A DNA stretch of 64,000 bases. It comes from Schmidtea nova (Eukaryota). Location: NCBI GenBank assembly GCA_044892505.1, contig CM097882.1, positions 513,236,001-513,300,000 of the forward strand. Direction: 5' to 3'. Made by a program: the position numbers and the translations under genes. Under the pieces are notes generated by a model. It was not told where the DNA came from. It saw only the letters and a list, made by a program, of their open reading frames with translations, and made no database searches. Positions 26,700-39,571 of the stretch are shown piece by piece. Positions within the stretch are counted from its first letter, which is position 1; each line of letters opens with the position of its first letter.

Positions 26700-29600
26700 T
26701 TAAATTTTTTAATCCTTTATAATATAAACTTTATATTATAAAGGATAAAAAAATTAAAACCGCAAAAAATATTGCGGTTTGAGTTTCATTTTAAACCATT
26801 TCATAAACCCTAATTTCAATAAAGAAACATCGGAATCACCAACAATTATTGGTTCAATAATGTTACCGTAAATCAGTGCTGTCCAATTGGCGGCCCATCG
26901 AATCATATTCTGTGGCCCGATTAACAATTTAAAAATTTCTGTACTTGAAAATTATATAACCATTTTTAAAGTTTTCTCTCGTTGAAAATTACAAAAAAAA
27001 CGTTCTTTGCTTGTTTTTAAACCTTTATCAGTTTTAAATATGATCGGTAAATATTAATAATGTTTATTTATTTTCTAATCTAGTTTTCCATGAAACTAGA
27101 CTTACCTATATCTTATTCCGCGGTTATTACATACACATACACAAAGGAAATTAATATCAGACTATTCTGTAGTATTTTTTCCAGTCTAGTATGTAATGAA
27201 ACTAGACACATAAGTGATATATAATTTATTTTTTATCACATTTAGAATTTCTAAACGCGTTTTGCTTTTTAATTTTTTTTCTTGTGCAATTATTTATGCT
27301 TAGCATACACATCAAATCAGGTAAGTGCATATAGAAAATTAAGTATATAAATTTAAATTTTTGATGTTTTCCTCTTATTATTTCTAGTAGACTTATTATT
27401 CAACTATTTTGGAAGTGCAAAAAGCATAAAATCTTGTCCAAAAACAGGAAGAAGTATATTTTTGTATATTTAATATAATTGCATCAAAATAACCGTTTCA
27501 TTATTTAAAATTTACAGATTAATAATAGTAACCGTCAGAAAATGAGTATAAAAAAACTACGAATAAAAATCAGGATTTTAAAGAACAATGTTCATGATAC
27601 AGAAAGAAAATTGTGTATGTTTGATATGCCTGATAAATACTATTATATGTAAAGAATATAATTTGAAGTGTCATTATCAATCCCAGTATGAAGAGAAATA
27701 TTCGCATTACACTGGTGAGTCGAGTATCGTCATAATTGAAAATTTAAAAAACAATTTAAGGGGTAAGCATCTTTTATCACCTTCAAAAGTAAGGCTCAGG
27801 ATGTATCTGTATCTGCTTCTTATGCAGTTGCAGAAGAAAAAAATAAGCCAAAAAGATTCTTGCTTATGGTTAAATTATTAAGAAGTGTGCAATCAAAATG
27901 GCTCAAGCATTTAAAGAGGAGAAAATGACAAAACAATTCGAGTCAATTTATCTGCCTCGTCAAACCGTTGCGAGACAAATTTTAAATATAGACAACTTTT
28001 TAGTTGAAAAATTAGCAGATATAATAAAAAATTGTATATATTTTTTAATTGCTCTTGATGAAAACATTGACATATACCATACCAGTCAAATTCTGATTTT
28101 TATAGGGACAGTGGATGCAGTTTTTAATGTTTCGGAGGAGTTACTGAAATTGGCTTCCCTACATTCAACAACAAAAGGTGTATATATTCATGAGGAACTC
28201 AAAAATGTTGTGTGCATGTATGATGGTTTTGAAAAATGCACTGCCATTGTAACTGATGAAGCAAAATCAATGTTTTGGAAAAATATAGGACTCGCTGGAC
28301 TGCTAGAACAAAATGGGAGTAATTGTCTATTTTGCACTGCATTATTCACCAGCAAGCTCTATGTGAAAACAATATGGCATTAAGTTGCACGATGACTACT
28401 GTTATGAAAATAACAAATGCAATAATAGACGGAAACCGAGCAATCACTATCGTAAATTTAAAGAATATTTAGAAAAACTTGATTCCGAATATGCTGACCT
28501 ACTTTTACATAGTCAAGTTCACTGGTTAAGCGCAGGAAAATTCCTTAAAATGTTTTTTTCAACTTCGTAAAGAAATTAAACTTTTTCTTATGTAAATAGA
28601 ATTGGATTCATCAGTTATTATTAATGAAATTTTTTTTATTTCATTAGCATTTTTAGCAGATATTACCGAATATTTGAATATTTTGAAAAAAAACTTTCAA
28701 AACAAAGACCAAAAAATAAGTCACCTAGCACACCATATCATTGGATTTCGCAATAAGCCAAGTTTGCTTCGGTCGCATTCGATCAATAACAACTTGGTGC
28801 ACTTCAGATGTGTCAATGAACTTGATCTCAAAACACATGAAATCGGTTGATTGAAAATTTTGATGCCAAATTTTCTGATTTCGACGTAATTCATCGACGT
28901 TGAAGAAACCGATATTAAATATCAAATGGAACTATGTGAATTGCAAGCAGACTAATTTTTTTAATCAAGGCCGGAGTTTGGTGTACACTTATTGAAAAAG
29001 TTTCCAAAAGAAAAAATATATTAGAAATTGCGCAATTTGGGCGTAAAATTAATTTCTATGGTTGGCAGTACATATATTTGCGAATGAAAAGATTTTGTAG
29101 CTGCTAATATAAATACACTGTTTTCTCATTAATAAATATGTTAATAATTTTTTTCTTTACGCTTTCTTAATTGCTTGAACTAATAAAATACTAGAAAAAT
29201 GTTATTAAATGGCTTTTATTTTAAAATTTTAAGTATTGTGGCCCGCAAAACATACAAACAAAATGGCCAACACATTCTGAGAAGTTGGACAGTACTGCTG
29301 TAAATGAACATTTGTTGATAACGTTTAATTATTGCCGGTTTTGCTACACCTTCATTAATTTGTCCATTTTTAAAATTTACTTGTTTCGATAAGCAAAATG
29401 TTTTTTACAAAATTTGGATCAAATAAGTTGGAATTTAAAGAATTTATCTTTTGTAGTTCGATGATAGTCCACAATTATTTGTTAGATCCGTTATGTATAA
29501 TTCATCCTTTAATGTAAAAAACAGATACTTAATTAGACAAGAGATTAAATCGGAAGAATAAGCAACATATATTTGCAATTTTGTTTCTTCAAATGTATTA

Positions 29601-29750
29601 ACTAAATTTGTAAATGCCAGACGTTTGGCATCAGTTAACGTTTCTAATAAAAGTTAATAATTTCTTTGTTCTACTCGGAGAGCAGTGTCTTTATTTTCCA
29701 GAAGCATGACTCATTGTCTTTGTTCTCGAAAAAATGATTTGTCATAGGTT
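26700..29750 (-). pseudogene. Polinton minor capsid (penton)-like gene 1, split by a hAT insertion
   Basis: With 26874-29305 removed, the frame reads KPAIIKRYQQMFIYGNIIEPIIVGDSDVSLLKL (IYxDxIxxxxVGDxxxxLL penton motif). Confidence 0.65.
26874..29297 (+). mobile_element. Complete-ended hAT (Charlie/GTF2IRD2-like), transposase decayed
   Basis: TIRs cagtgctgtccaa / ttggacagtactg; 8-bp TSD ccgtaaat / ctgtaaat; CVCLIC..KEYNLKCHY, IALDENIDI, LLLHSQVHWLSAGK and SLAFLADIT. Confidence 0.95.
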
Positions 29751-30335
29751 GTAAAAATTATAAAAACACGATATACTTTTATCATATGAAATAATTGATA
29801 CCACGTGACTTAGGCTAGATAATTGTTAACAAGATTCATCTGTTATTGTTTTGATTGGTATGGTTTCTCCTATTTTAGTGTGACCTTGACTTTTAATAGT
29901 GTTAATTTTTAAAATTAAGTGTATTTTCATTAAATTAAGATGGTTAATTTATAATTATATTTAATATAAATTAAATGAAATTATACGTAGCTGAACAATA
30001 AAGAATAAAAGTGTATTATTGTACTATATTATTTATTTCCGTAAGTAGACTAAATAATTATTTGTATTTATGTTTAAAAACAGAACGTTAAACATTCAAA
30101 TCAGAATGCTTTAATTTTTTAATTTTCTTCAAATTGCCTTACACATTTCAAAAAATGAGAAAAAAAATTCTGTATTTAACATCGATATAAAAAGAATCGA
30201 GCATATTGTCAATAAAAAGAAAATTTCTTTAATAAAATGTTATAATCAAAAACCAAAAATTTAAACAAAAATTTTCATATTAATTTTCATATTAATTTTT
30301 CTAAGACAAAATCAAACCAATTATTTGTATTAGGT

Positions 30336-30369
30336 ACACGATATTTCCGTACAGCCTTTATTAAGTGTG
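30336..30369 (-). ncRNA. Degenerate minimal hammerhead-ribozyme-like motif (copy 2)
   Basis: ACAC-TTAATAA-A-GGC-TGT-ACG-GAAA-TAT-C-GTGT; homologous to 53412-53444, with a core G5 change and a broken stem II. Confidence 0.4.
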
Positions 30370-31393
30370 TATTTCATAAAGACTACCAAAATATCGTTTA
30401 CCTAATAAAAATTGTTTTGATCTATAGTTTTAGAAAACTGAATATAAAAATTATTGAATAAAAAAAATCAAATATGAAACCAAAAGATAATGATGATATT
30501 TTAACAAAGAAAAATCTTATTCATTTGGGTGTTTAATGAGTGTAAAATCGTGTAATGAGTTACAATCATTAATAGATATATTCAATTCACGAGGATAATG
30601 AATCTTGATGTTGTATAGCTTGTAGGTACTTAAGAAAAGATAAAATCTAAGGAAACATTTTGAGAAGAGTAAAAAGGACCTAATGAAACCGACTAATTTA
30701 CGATTAAATTACATAAATATTAATTTTCTTTGCCCTTATAAAATCTTTTACATAGATATAGAGTATTGAAAAGATACTGTTGTAAATTTATTTAAATGTA
30801 AATGAACTAAATGAAAATGTATTTTGTCCTTATTTAAATATCAAAAGTTGCATTTATAATAATGCCTCATAAAACAATTTGTTTCTACTGTTAGTTAAAA
30901 TACAATTTCAATATTAAATTATTCTTATTTAATTCAATGGATGTCCTTGAAACTAAAAGTACTGTAGCTAATATTTTTTTCTGTGATAATCAAAATCTCC
31001 ACTAGTTTTTTTGAAGTTGCACAGACGTTTTTGTATTCCACGAACACAATTATAAAAATATTTTTTTCTATTATAATTATGGAAAAATTTTAAAAATATA
31101 ATTTTAAGTATTTTTATTTCTAACAATAAGTAACAAATAATATTTTATAATTTTATAAATAAACATTTTAAATATACAATATACCTACAATGTTAAACAC
31201 AAGAGTAATGTTTATGGCATTGAAACTTCATAGAATGTGATGAAATGTAACATTGAGAGTCACAATTTGTGATGGTTTGAAACACGTGAGCTTTGTTTGA
31301 AACCTAATACTGATAAGAGCGGTCTACGCGCTTGTGGAGTATATATGTAATCTGAATAAATTTCAGTTTTGCAATTCACTTATTTCACTTTAA

Positions 31394-31643
31394 CCTTTTG
31401 CACTCCATTGGATACTATATGTCGAAATTATGTATACATGTATTGTTTACCGTAAAAAGGTCTAGGTACAAACCCATTTCATCAGTTACTAACATATCTA
31501 GCGTTTTGAATTCACATTTGCATGATACCTTTTTTTTTATTTTTAATTAATTTTGTTATAAGTCTACCATTTTTCCTTGAAATTGCAAAAATGTATGCTG
31601 GAGTTACAGGTATATCATACAAAAAATTCAAGAGTTGAAAGGG
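31394..31643. mobile_element. piggyBac-type MITE (250 bp)
   Basis: TTAA on both sides; termini ccttttgcactc / gagttgaaaggg. Confidence 0.7.
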
Positions 31644-33059
31644 TTAAAAATACTTTCTAAGTGTGACTATCAAAGATTGAACAAAGTGAAGTGTTATAAT
31701 CACTATAGCATAGTATATTGCAGTATATTAAACCATAATTTGATTAGAAAGGTAATAAGCATTTTAATTTTATTATATAAAGAATTTAGTTTTAAATTAT
31801 TTTAAATAAAAGATGTCCAAAAGAAAATTGGAAAATATAGGAATTTCACAAATAAAAAATCAAGCCAAACATTTCAAATATAATGGCTTTCGAAATTAGT
31901 AGATAGCAAAACCTCATCATCAAATCACAACAAGTCATTAAATTTTTCAATATAATGAAGAAACCTTTTGAACAGTTGCAAAAATTTCAAGATGGAAAAG
32001 GGAAGAATGGAAATTAGATTATTGAAAGCGTCATCTTAATCAGAAGACACAGACGTAATTAATAAATTATGTATTTGAAAGAAGAAACGATTGAAATTGA
32101 ATGTTGATTCAAATAAAGTTTTAAAGATGTGGTTTTAGCAAGAAAAATTAATCCATTAATGAATTTTATACAGGGCATACAGGACATATACCTAAAGGTT
32201 GGAGGAGTAAAAGATATACCGCTTGTAATCATGAAAAATTTTGTAAATGAAGTGCGACAGTCAGTCTTCTATAAACTAATAATAGATCAAAATAAAGAAA
32301 TTTAAGTATTACAAAGATATTAAAAATGACGGATATGTTAACATTAGACAGAGCAAGAATGAAAAAATGGAGTACGGCCCAATTTTCCCAATGGTTTATA
32401 ATGCTTTCACTAAATTTAAAATGCATTTACAAAATTTCAATAACTTGATTTCTCAAACTTATCAGTCAATTTAAACTAATTTTCTTTCAATTGGTGGGAA
32501 CGTCCAATCACCAAAATTGATGTCAGGAGTGGAATTTGTAAAAGCAGAAAGAAAATATCTGAAACTTGCAACTCCTTTACCGGTAAATGTTAAATATACA
32601 ATCAAAACACCATGATTTTCTTTAATTTATTTTTGCTACATTTTTGTGAAGTTTTTAGGTATCACGTAATTAGGAATAGGCCAAGGTCTTATCCCTAACA
32701 TTTTCATGTGATCTTGACATTTTAATTCTCTAATATATGCAAGCTAGCTTTAATTACGTACACACAATTTTAATTTTTAACATTATCAAATATATATTAA
32801 ACTTAATTTTAATATATAAGTGGCATGATTATGTTTTTTTACACGCAGATAAACAAATATAAATTTACTACATGGGGGTATTTTCCTGGTGAGTTATTGT
32901 CTAGGAGGTTATCGGTGGGGATTATTGTCCTAGAATCGTGTTTACTATGTTCAATAGATCAACTATTAAAAAGAAATAATTTGCACAGGATCGTGGTTTT
33001 GTGTAATTTAAACATTTAAATGAGGTCCGCTGAGTATCAAGATATTCTGCAGTATATGC

Positions 33060-33740
33060 TCTAATGAAAAATTATGACACAATAGTCGAATATTGTAATG
33101 AACAAATCACTGCATAAATTCAAAATAATTCCCAGTATCGTATAGTATTATTTGTACTTTATGATGTACTAGCATCATTATGGAACTATTTACAAAAACG
33201 TTGGTTAAACATTGATGTACATCATTATATTAAAGCTAAAATACAAAAATTAAAAGCTTAGTATTTCGATGAAAATGTTTAAAAACACTTTAATAGAGGT
33301 TGGATACTGCGGCTATAACTTGTTTTACTGAATGTATGTAATCACTTAGAAATAAATTGTACCGATGATGAATTAAAATACTGGGATTATTTTGATAGCA
33401 GTCTCGCGTCAAATGAAATAAACAATTTTCCTTTCGGGAAGGATAGTGTAGTATGCCTCACAAATAAATATTTACATTTTTTCAAGTAAAGAAGACTGAT
33501 AAAATCTATGAAGAGTATTTTGAACTTAAATACTTGATTGCAGAGAAAACTTAGACAGGACCATTTAAAACTTTCGGTGAAGGTGTAAAATAAGTACAGC
33601 CAAATTCAGAATTTTGTAAAATAGCTGTACTATATGATATAATGGAAACATTCCAAGCATCCAATGCTGACTGGGTTTAGTACAATGAAAAAATAAATTA
33701 GAAATAGGCTGAATGCTGATCATTTAGTTATTTGATGAGG
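33060..33740 (+). pseudogene. Degraded hAT (ZNF862-like) transposase C-terminal part
   Basis: LYDVLASL..LQK, and FQASNAD-GFSTMKK..RNRLNADHL (hAT dimerisation motif). Confidence 0.55.
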
Positions 33741-33999
33741 ATTAAAATGCAATTAGGAAGAGTAAAATAAATTTGTATATAAAGAGTAGACAGCTGTAAA
33801 AGACAGACAAGAAAATATGAAGTGCAACATTTCAGTCCTTTCACTGAAATGTTTTTTCTTAGTTTTTTCAATGGTTCTTTTTTCTTTTTATGATGGAAGT
33901 TAAGTTTCCTAACAAATTTTGTAATTAAAGAGTGATCCATATTTACACAACTATATATTTATTGTTAAAATAATTTTTGTATTATACAGAATATTGAAA

Positions 34000-34560
34000 A
34001 AGGTGGTACTAAATTTTAGATGTGTATTACTCATCAAAACAAGCATAACATCAAAAATAATATGGATCTGAAAATGCTTCCTTTCACTAGGTACGGCATC
34101 AGTAATTGCCACAACATTCATATTTGGTCAGAAGAAAATTCTCAAAGTTTTAGAATCGAGAACCAGTATCGCTTTTCTATTATTGTTTTGGTTAGAATCT
34201 TCTTGGGTCATCTTATAGGACCTTATATATTATCTAATAGACTGAAGAAAGCAATCTATCTTCTCAATAAATGACTTTCCTGAACTTATGGAAGATATTC
34301 CGCTTATCCATTTACAACATATGCGGCCTACATATTGAATAGCCACCTCGCTCAGGGGATTAAAAATCTGTTAAATGATTTGTGGGGACATATAAAGAGT
34401 ATGATGTACGCAATATCAGTGGATATCGTGGAAGAATTGAAAACTGTTGTCAGGAAATACGAAAAAAAGTCGGGAATCATTGAATGTGTTTAATGTTCAA
34501 TGATAAAGCGTTCTACATTGTGTATTGAAATGAACGAGGACTTTTGTGGGTAAAATTAAA
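34000..34560 (+). pseudogene. Tc1/mariner-superfamily (DUF4817-associated type) transposase fragment
   Basis: FTRYGISNCHNIHIWSEEN, QYRFS..GHLIGPYIL..RL and LPELMEDIPL. Confidence 0.65.
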
Positions 34561-36712
34561 TATTAATGTATTTTATAATAGTATTTATATTAATCAAACT
34601 TTGTCTGATAACTTTTAAAGGAAGAGTTTTCAGATCCATACTCTATTGAATTTTATGCTTGTTTTAATGAGTATGACAAGCACCTAAAATTTGGTACCAA
34701 TTTTTTTACTTTCATTTTTCTAATATTCCACATTTAAAAAAGCTTGTACTGTTTTAAACATTCCTGGAAAATTTTGCCTATAGATACTTCATCACCGCGC
34801 AATCATAAAAAATAAAGAACATTGACGATAATTGAAAAGTATTTTAGGTACTTTAAAATTTTTAAGAAAATTAAATAATTGGTTTTACAATTACTACAAA
34901 TCGTAAAGATTTCTATTAAGACAACAAAACTTAAGTCATCAAATTATTACCCAATGAAAAAGCAGATAATACAATTAAAAAGAACTATGATCAAATTTTT
35001 ATTTTAGCTATTTTCTAAGCAAGTCGAATAGGATTATTCCAGTAGAAAATTCTTATTTTTATTGCGTTAATAAAACTTGCTATAAAGACTTATATTTTAT
35101 TATTTTTTAATTATTTAACAATAAATAATGATTATATTGATTATCAAGTAAATCAAAATCATTACGATGTGCAACATGCACAAATATTGTCTGATTGGTC
35201 CATTGTATGCACGCATTTATACCAAACAAATGCAATACTAGCAGTGTAGAAGCTATATAAATGCAATACAAATAAAACTGTCTTTGTTCTAATTTATTAA
35301 TGAAGCACATGCAGCCACAAATAATAATTTAATAATCTATGTTTACACGGGCACAAGTGTACGAATGTAAAACACATGGAATTATGTACCATTATTAATA
35401 GTGTTGTACTTTGTCCACTGTCAGTCCACTATTCACATAATTTATATTTTTGTGCCTAATTAGTAGAACTAATTAAGTAATCATAAGTCATACTCATACT
35501 ATCTTTTCCTCAATAAGAATCGACAATTTTGGATCAGATTAATCGTTTTGTTAGAATTATCAATTTTGAAAATACGATTACTTTTGTTGAGGTATCAAGA
35601 AGAGGAAAATCGTAAAGTGAACCAGGAGATCATCCTAAATTTAATCAAAGGTAACAGCAATTATACATTATATTTTTGTTTTGCTGATATAAAATTTGGT
35701 AAGGAATTTAAGTACTATTTGATTCTGAAATTATTGTTTTGCTTTTACTGAGAATGGTTTGTCAATAGCCGATATCTATCTTTTGTTAGAAAATAGCAGT
35801 GACAAAGGATTTTGCATTTTTTTAAAAATTATTTTTTTGTAAATATCAAAACAATATTAATAAAAAATCTCGTTTATTTATTTGATTATTGTTTATTATA
35901 TTAAATTTAGGCAACATATTTTTGGGTTATATCGTTTGGAGTCCAATACAAACTTTGTGTTAGTTCGTCAACCCACTGATACGAACCTAACATAAGTGTG
36001 TTTTCTTTAATCTTTTGAGTTTTGAAAAATTAGTAATAAAAATTTAGTTTCTTCGGTTCAAAATTCCTAGTTATTGTTAAAAATGAATCCAGAAAAACTT
36101 ATTATTAATTATTTTCGAGAAATAATGTTCTCTTTAATCAATTATATATTTAGAATAAAAGCTATCTTAGAATTTACAAAAAAAATCTATTTACAAAATC
36201 TAATTAAAACAATTAAAATACATAACTATGCAAAAATTCAAAATTTAACATTTAAGATTACCAAATTAGTCTCCATTGAAAGACACCGAGCGCATTTATA
36301 ATGTTAATATGTAAATAATAAATAGATTTGTTTAGGACATAAATAAGCAATAGATGTGCTTTAGTGAAAGGTTTAAATAGATATGATGAAAAGTGAAGTA
36401 AATCACTTGAGTGTACTCGTGCAATGTCTCGTTACTTGAATTCGTATTCTCATTTTTTTATAAAGACTATAGATCAAAATATTGTTTAAAAGTTACTAGA
36501 ATTTTCGACACAGTCTATTTCACTGAAAAAAACTGGCGAAAATTTGTGTAGTCTTTACGAAAAAATGATATTTGATATAGAAACGAAACGATCAAAGGTG
36601 AAAATAAGAAATGTTTATGATAGTATTTGTATTTTGTTTAATAGAATCAAACTCGATTTAAAAGATCTAAATATACGAATTATTACACCTGTCTGGTTTA
36701 TCCACACCCACC

Positions 36713-36791
<79 letters not shown>
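36713..36791. repeat. Compound (CA)n(TA)n microsatellite
   Basis: Direct reading; it explains the YIYIYI ORFs. Confidence 0.95.
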
Positions 36792-36793
<2 letters not shown>

Positions 36794-37105
36794 GTGAATT
36801 GTTTGTAAATTTGATAGACCTTAATTTGTTCATAATTTATTATACAATTTCATTAATATAAATAATACAATGTTAAGATCAAAATTTATTCATCATTAAT
36901 TGTAATTTTTATTTTCAAACATCTTTTATTATTTACAAATTATTGTAAGTAACTTTTTAATTTTTTTTATATAATAGTTTCTATTTTAAACAATATCATT
37001 TTAACATGACAAAAAAACAATGTAAGTTTTTATGAAACCATTTACTTTAAGATCTAGATTTTTAATGCAATTTTCAGTAGTACAATGTATATAAAATATT
37101 CAAGT

Positions 37106-37858
37106 TGTTTGTTTTCATCGTCAAATGAGTCGATAAAGCTATTTCCAGTGCCACTCCTCTCGGAACTATAGTATTTTACATTATATCGTTGTGTTGGGTT
37201 ATTAACAACACAACAATCTTTATTTTTAAATTTGTCAATATACACAAGTTCAATTATACAAATTTGGGTTTTCATCCTTCAGCGTTAGGGTAGGTTTCCC
37301 AATGGTAAATCTCCCTTTCTAGTACGCAAGAAAAATTGAATTAAAATGGATTCTGGCCTTTAGTTTTCTCTCATATGTTCTTTCTATCGCTTCTGATTTG
37401 TCATCACAATGTAAAAATTACAAATTTTTTCTTCGACCATACTGACGATTACGGTAAATTGCTCCCGGTTTATATAATGAATTTTTTACTTCATCCTGTA
37501 GCGCTTTAATTTCATCTGTCAATTTAATTGTTTTGATGTCCTTAACAATGGAGTTTGCCGCTAATTTTTTAATCAATTTTTAAAAAATTGGATTTGCGGC
37601 TTTTCCCAGAGCATCCTTCAATCATCCAAATTATTTGGATAATTAAATGATCTTGCTAATGTCCCCGGTTTCCACATCGCTCGGGTTTCCCATTAGTTCG
37701 AGTATTACATTAGCTCGGGTTTTTCATTATCTCGAGTTTTCCATTAGGTAATTAATTATTTTAATTAGTTAGTTTCTTCTTAATATTTCCTTTTAAGGGC
37801 CCCTTTTTAATTTTATATAGCCATATTTGAATTAGTCTTTCCATTTGGTATCCTCCCA
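37106..37858 (-). mobile_element. Ty3/gypsy 3' LTR (LTR-A), PPT at 37859-37876
   Basis: GGACGGGAAACTGGTA|TGGGAGGATACC matches the start of the LTR at 63258; 17-bp U3 repeats; left end approximate. Confidence 0.7.
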
Positions 37859-37913
37859 TACCAGTTTCCCGTCCTAAATCTTTTTTTATTGAATTTTTCT
37901 AAATTTTAATTAA

Positions 37914-38645
37914 TGTTTGTACTATTAAGATCAAAACTGGATGATTGATAATCTTAACACAGCTGACTCCAATTATCAATAAAACTGTCTTTTATAAATA
38001 ATAATATGAAATATTATAATTTATATTTAGTCGGTTGCTAGTTCTTATATAAATAACTGAAACAAAGACAATTACTTTTTCTAATGTTTAATGAATAATC
38101 AAATTTACAAAATTGTTGGGCCCAGCGAATCGCAAATAACCTAAAAGAAAGAATAAATTAAATAGAAAAATAGGAATATAGGAATAGGCGTATGACTTCA
38201 CCGAGCGATGTCTAATGACGAGTGGTGTCAAGCTAGCATGGTTGACTGATTAAATGCGATGTTTATGTGAATGACCAAGGTATGGACGAAATAGAATGCC
38301 TCAACGCCAGGGTATATATTCTGTAAACCATTTTAAATCGATCATTTTTCACAGTTTGAATGTCAATCAGAAAAGCAAAAATGGACAATCATGGTAATAA
38401 ACGCAAGATAGCAAGGGAAACTAAGAAGCATCAAGAGGCCGAAAGGATCGATCGACGCCTCACGACAAAACTTCCCTCCGATGTCCGGGCGAAAGTACTG
38501 CGTCATCTACGCCATTGGAGGCGTGAATTTAACCAACCACTTATATTTTCCAAATGTCAGAAACTCATGTTTAAAGTTCGCTGGGAGGGAGATAAGTCAA
38601 CAGCCAGAGTCGAAACGCAGGAACCGGGATTGGTGCTGTTCAACA
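37914..38645 (+). mobile_element. Truncated LTR-like segment (LTR-C) carrying ORF-X
   Basis: Starts TGTTTG, A-rich U3, TATA at about 38312, CAG acceptor at 38354 and ATG at 38360; same layout as LTR-D. Confidence 0.5.
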
Positions 38646-38650
38646 TTTGA
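38360..38650 (+). CDS. ORF-X, LTR-borne protein of unknown function, 3'-truncated
   Basis: RHLRHWRR-x18-RWEGD..TQEPG matches the ORF at 43204-43848. Confidence 0.6.
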   Translation: MSIRKAKMDNHGNKRKIARETKKHQEAERIDRRLTTKLPSDVRAKVLRHLRHWRREFNQPLIFSKCQKLMFKVRWEGDKSTARVETQEPGLVLFNI

Positions 38651-39182
38651 AACTTTCCTTATTAAATCAATATCATTAAACTCAATTACACAAATTGTTT
38701 CTTTCAAACATTTATTAATACCATTTAAAAAGATATCGATTATCAGATTTTTAACATTGTTATTGTCAACTGAGTTTACTCCAAATGCCTTTTTTGCTAC
38801 TGAAATTAATTCATACCCATAATCAAGAACAGGTTCAACATATTTTTGTTTTCTTTCATAAAAGTTTCTTCTCAATTCTTTTAACTTCTTCGCATACTAA
38901 TTTATCTTCCAACGCATCATTTAATTTTGTCCACTCATTTCCAATTTTCTTTTTGTCAATCATACACCATGCATCACGAGAAACTCCAGTTAAATATAAC
39001 GGAAATCTCTGTATAATTTTTGGCTCTGCCCACCCATAAATTGCAGCATACATATGATATTCATTCATAAAATTGAAAAATGAAAATGGATCTCCTCTGT
39101 ATTGATCTTTCGGTAATCTTTGAGAACTGGCAACATCATAGCATTCTTTGTCAACATAAACTAATAAATCTTCACTATTCAT
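38646..39182 (-). pseudogene. Ty3/gypsy gag (capsid) with a frameshift near 38870, truncated
   Basis: Follows the PBS; YAAIYGW..RFPLYLTGVSRDAW..LEDKL and RKQ..EPVLDYGYEL..DIFLNGI resemble the retrotransposon gag domain. Confidence 0.8.
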
Positions 39183-39388
39183 TATGGATTATCTTTAGTC
39201 TGACCTCATAAATTCATTATAAATACATTTCAATAAATTATTTTCTCAAATCGCACAAAATCTAAATTTCAAAATTATAACTACAATCAATAATTTACCT
39301 TGTCACTATTTCTATGAATCTCTTTATCACAATTTATTTTCACTCCTTGTTCAATAAATTTTTATCCGATAACTCTCCACCAACTTTG

Positions 39389-39406
39389 ATCACGTCGGGC
39401 TCACCA
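39389..39406 (-). promoter_or_regulatory. Primer binding site, tRNA-Trp
   Basis: TGGTGAGCCCGACGTGAT is a 17/18 match to the tRNA-Trp PBS TGGTGACCCCGACGTGAT, 5 nt after the LTR end ...CAACA at 39412. Confidence 0.9.
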
Positions 39407-39571
39407 AAATATGTTGTGTTATTATGTCGTTGGTAAAACTTAAGTTTAACAAATTATTCCTGACTCCAAGCGTGTTTTTAATTGACCCCCAAATAACAAA
39501 TAACAATTGACAGTAGGAAACTTTATTGAATATCATAAATATTTTCACAGTGATACAATTGACTCAACAAT

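Noticed and set aside
32200-32620. Possible LINE RT remnant
   Set aside because: Only a weak LVKAL similarity; not supportable.
36544-36861. ORFs with YIYIYI repeats on both strands
   Set aside because: Translation of the (TA)n microsatellite.
37960-37972. ctgactcc motif suggesting LTR-C is minus-oriented
   Set aside because: A-rich strand, TATA, acceptor and ORF-X layout all indicate plus orientation like LTR-D.
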